From positions 39,618,001 to 39,682,000 of the forward strand of contig CAIIXF020000001.1 in NCBI GenBank assembly GCA_903813345.2: a stretch of 64,000 nt of DNA, given 5' to 3'. The notes beneath the pieces were generated by a model. It ran no database searches. It was not told the DNA's origin and saw nothing but the letters and a program-made list of their open reading frames with translations. The DNA is from Owenia fusiformis (lineage: Eukaryota). The translations under genes were made by a program, and so were the position numbers. Every line of letters starts with the position of its first letter. Within the stretch, counting starts at the first letter, position 1. Shown here one piece after another: positions 61,504 to 64,000 of the stretch.

Positions 61504-63738
61504 TTAGGACCGATGCCAATCACCTTTTAATATCCGTATAAACGTCTTTTTAAATTGGGCATTAGCTAATGCGTAACAGAATGGATTGATAGGGCTGTTG
61601 AGATAGCAAAGCCAATAAGTGAAGGCATAGAGGCGAGGATCAACACAATCGTTGCCTTCACAGAAACCAATGATCAAAACAAGAACATGATACGGAGTCC
61701 AACATATAACATAGGCACCTAATATAATTGTTATAACACGCAGGGCTTTGCGAGCTCGGTTTTCAGATTTAGATTTCTGTTTTTGTTTTTCTGTGTCTTT
61801 TCGTCTCTGTAAAATTTTTGATGGGTTCATTGACATAACGAGATCTCGTATGCTAGGTGCTTTGGAGCCAGTATCACTTCTATTACCGTCAAGAGGGTGC
61901 AGGTCACTTGCACCAGAAATGCTTGTAACTGTTCCACTGTTAGCTCTACTGTTATTTGACATTTGCACCAACATATTTACTTTTTGCCTAAATTTCTGAG
62001 CACCTGTTTCTGTAGGGGCCGACGCTGTACTATCCCCTTCACTTGCAACTTGTGGCGGAGATGCACCATCGGGTTCACTTGAGATCCTGCGTCTCCAGAC
62101 AGGTGATCCATTGTCGTCAGAATCATTTCCTTCGTCTTTTATTGAAGGTTGATCAACTAAAAGTTTAGCGTGCTCAGAAGCCTGTAGTGATGTTGTGTCG
62201 ATGTATTTCAAGCCTTGGCTTACTTGTGGCGGCGTGAGCGGCTCCTCCACTAAATCACCCACGCCGCTGTCATTAGTCCGAACTGACAGTCTAGGCCCAG
62301 TTTTTGGACTCACTGATGGAAATTTAAATGAAACTTTTGGATTGTTTGAACTGTCATTCGGATTTGGTGAGGGGGAATAGCCTGATGTGTCTATGTCACT
62401 TGTAGATATTTCTGGAGTCAAAGAATGGCTTCTTCCCCCAGAGTGATTCATGGTACTTTTATGTCCATTTGGCTGCGTAGATGGCAATTGTAATTTGGGC
62501 ACCTTAAGACTTGAGTATCTTTTCTTTTTGCTATTATTAACTATCTCTGCTTTAACCGTGTTAGAATTCTTGAAGCTATTTCTAGGGGAAGGAGACTGAG
62601 TATCCGATGGGTCAGTGTCGGAGGCAAATCCAGGACTACTAGAGTGATCTTCCTTGTCTGTTGTATTTTTTGTCGAGGATGAAGTGAAGGTTGTAGTGGT
62701 GGAAGTTCCTCTATTGGCGGAACGATTCTGTTCTTTGCCATTGACAGGGTTGTTTTTATCTGGAGCCTTTTGGCTCATCCCGATCCCAATTTTCGTCATT
62801 GTTTGTCCAGCCATCGATACCAACGATGTCATTTTCTTATGTTTTGCCTCAGACTTCCTCTGTAGTTTCAAAGCAACACGGTATATCTGGGTGTACAGGA
62901 CACACATGACTATTAACGTACTCCAGAAGTAGGCAATGACTAGACAAGCGTTGAATAGCGCGTTCTCCATAAACTGTACATAGCAAGAACCTTCGGGCAC
63001 CGTGCGTTCGCCCACAAAATATTGCCAACCAAGAATGCTTGTGTAAAACACAGCGGCTGGCACGACCCACGCAGCGGCTACCATTACTTTCACTTTAAAT
63101 GCAGTTCTCCAGCCACGATATTTAGCTGGAATTTTTACGGAACAAAATCTGTCGATGGTGATGGCGAGAACAGTATATTGTGAGGAAAGACTAATGGAAT
63201 AATCCAGACATAGCCAAAGATCGCATATTACAGGTCCAAGTGGCCAAACGTCTCCCATAAGGAGATACATAGTGTATAGTGGCATAGAAAAGCCTCCTAT
63301 TAATAAGTCAGATACTGCTAAACTGGCTATAAAGAAGTTCGTTGGTTGTCGTATAGTTCTTTCCAATACGAACGAGAGCACCACTATAAAATTTCCTACC
63401 ACAGTCACAATGCTGAGACATCCCACTAATATGGATATGGTGATAATCTGCCACAATGGGAACTTTGGAGGTTTTTCGGTATTGGTATCATTGAGTGATG
63501 CATTAAATATACACGCACTGTAATTAAAATCCGTATCATTGATAAAACAAGGAATATTTGTGCTAAGGTTTCTAAATGCACCCGTCCTATCCAAGTAATC
63601 GGAGCTAGGGTAATCCCCATCTGCTGCTGATGAATTGTCGAATCCATAGCCAAACATTCCAGCGTAGTCTCCATCGTAGGTGTGGCTTGTGTTGCCCAGC
63701 GATACGAGTATTCTTTCAGCTGCCCCAGTAACACTCAT
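61504..63738 (-). CDS. Muscarinic acetylcholine receptor, invertebrate B-type (mAChR-B-like), 744 aa, single coding exon
   Basis: Class A GPCR ORF: GN in TM1, SLAVSD, TM3 DLWLCLDY..SQYTVLAITIDRFCSVKIPAKYR, long Ser-rich ICL3, ENRARKALR, CWTPYH, YWLCYLNSPINPFCYALAN. His in place of Asn after WTPY and DRFCSVK resemble the B-type/GAR-2 receptors. A splice acceptor (ttcag on the minus strand at 63779) sits just upstream of the ATG. Confidence 0.93.
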   Translation of the reverse strand: MSVTGAAERILVSLGNTSHTYDGDYAGMFGYGFDNSSAADGDYPSSDYLDRTGAFRNLSTNIPCFINDTDFNYSACIFNASLNDTNTEKPPKFPLWQIITISILVGCLSIVTVVGNFIVVLSFVLERTIRQPTNFFIASLAVSDLLIGGFSMPLYTMYLLMGDVWPLGPVICDLWLCLDYSISLSSQYTVLAITIDRFCSVKIPAKYRGWRTAFKVKVMVAAAWVVPAAVFYTSILGWQYFVGERTVPEGSCYVQFMENALFNACLVIAYFWSTLIVMCVLYTQIYRVALKLQRKSEAKHKKMTSLVSMAGQTMTKIGIGMSQKAPDKNNPVNGKEQNRSANRGTSTTTTFTSSSTKNTTDKEDHSSSPGFASDTDPSDTQSPSPRNSFKNSNTVKAEIVNNSKKKRYSSLKVPKLQLPSTQPNGHKSTMNHSGGRSHSLTPEISTSDIDTSGYSPSPNPNDSSNNPKVSFKFPSVSPKTGPRLSVRTNDSGVGDLVEEPLTPPQVSQGLKYIDTTSLQASEHAKLLVDQPSIKDEGNDSDDNGSPVWRRRISSEPDGASPPQVASEGDSTASAPTETGAQKFRQKVNMLVQMSNNSRANSGTVTSISGASDLHPLDGNRSDTGSKAPSIRDLVMSMNPSKILQRRKDTEKQKQKSKSENRARKALRVITIILGAYVICWTPYHVLVLIIGFCEGNDCVDPRLYAFTYWLCYLNSPINPFCYALANAQFKKTFIRILKGDWHRS

Positions 63739-64000
63739 GCTTCATCTACACTCTAGCGCCGTCGTCTTTCATACGTTCCTGAAGGAACACAAACGTTAAA
63801 ATTAGAATAAACCTGACTATATTTCTGTTATTGATACATAAAAATTACCATGCAGCTTAATTTACCGTTACATGATGAAGGTGCGATTGTAAATTATTCA
63901 CTGAGAAATGCATCAAACCGTCGTGTTCTTTCTAATTTAGTTCAGGTGGTGAATTCACCAGACTTCCCTTGTTAAGTTGCACACGTTGCCTATAAACTGA

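Noticed and set aside
61748..63734. Antisense and alternate-frame ORFs within the receptor gene (likewise within LINE ORF1/ORF2)
   Set aside because: Shadow ORFs of real coding sequence with no independent support.

Overview
AT-rich animal (invertebrate, probably marine lophotrochozoan-like; inference) genomic DNA with spliceosomal introns and dense transposon relics. Three host genes can be reconstructed by hand. (1) A 7-exon, 318-aa predicted secreted zinc metalloprotease (+, 13977-32663) whose catalytic signature (HEFAH ... YAMSNELEYFAEA) matches the anthrax lethal factor / PPEP-1 (ATLF, M34-like) bacterial family. (2) An 11-exon, 692-aa single-domain, apparently secreted ACE-like peptidase M2 (+, 34324-47511) with a probable furin-cleaved pro-region, a GC-AG intron and a tandemly duplicated splice acceptor. 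(3) A B-type muscarinic acetylcholine receptor with an intronless CDS (-, 61504-63738). Intron 6 of gene 1 holds a full-length, intact CR1-group LINE (13-bp TSD, poly(A), ORF1, ORF2) whose ORF2 starts with a hydrophobic multi-segment leader and a 2A-like peptide (DIESHPGP), preceded by a 414-bp hairpin. Intron 2 of gene 1 holds nested satellites and a 7-kb Mutator/foldback-like element with a 9-bp TSD. The rest is MITEs, Tc1/mariner relics, a tRNA-derived SINE and hairpin repeats. No convincing gene was found in 1-13.9 kb or 47.6-61.4 kb.
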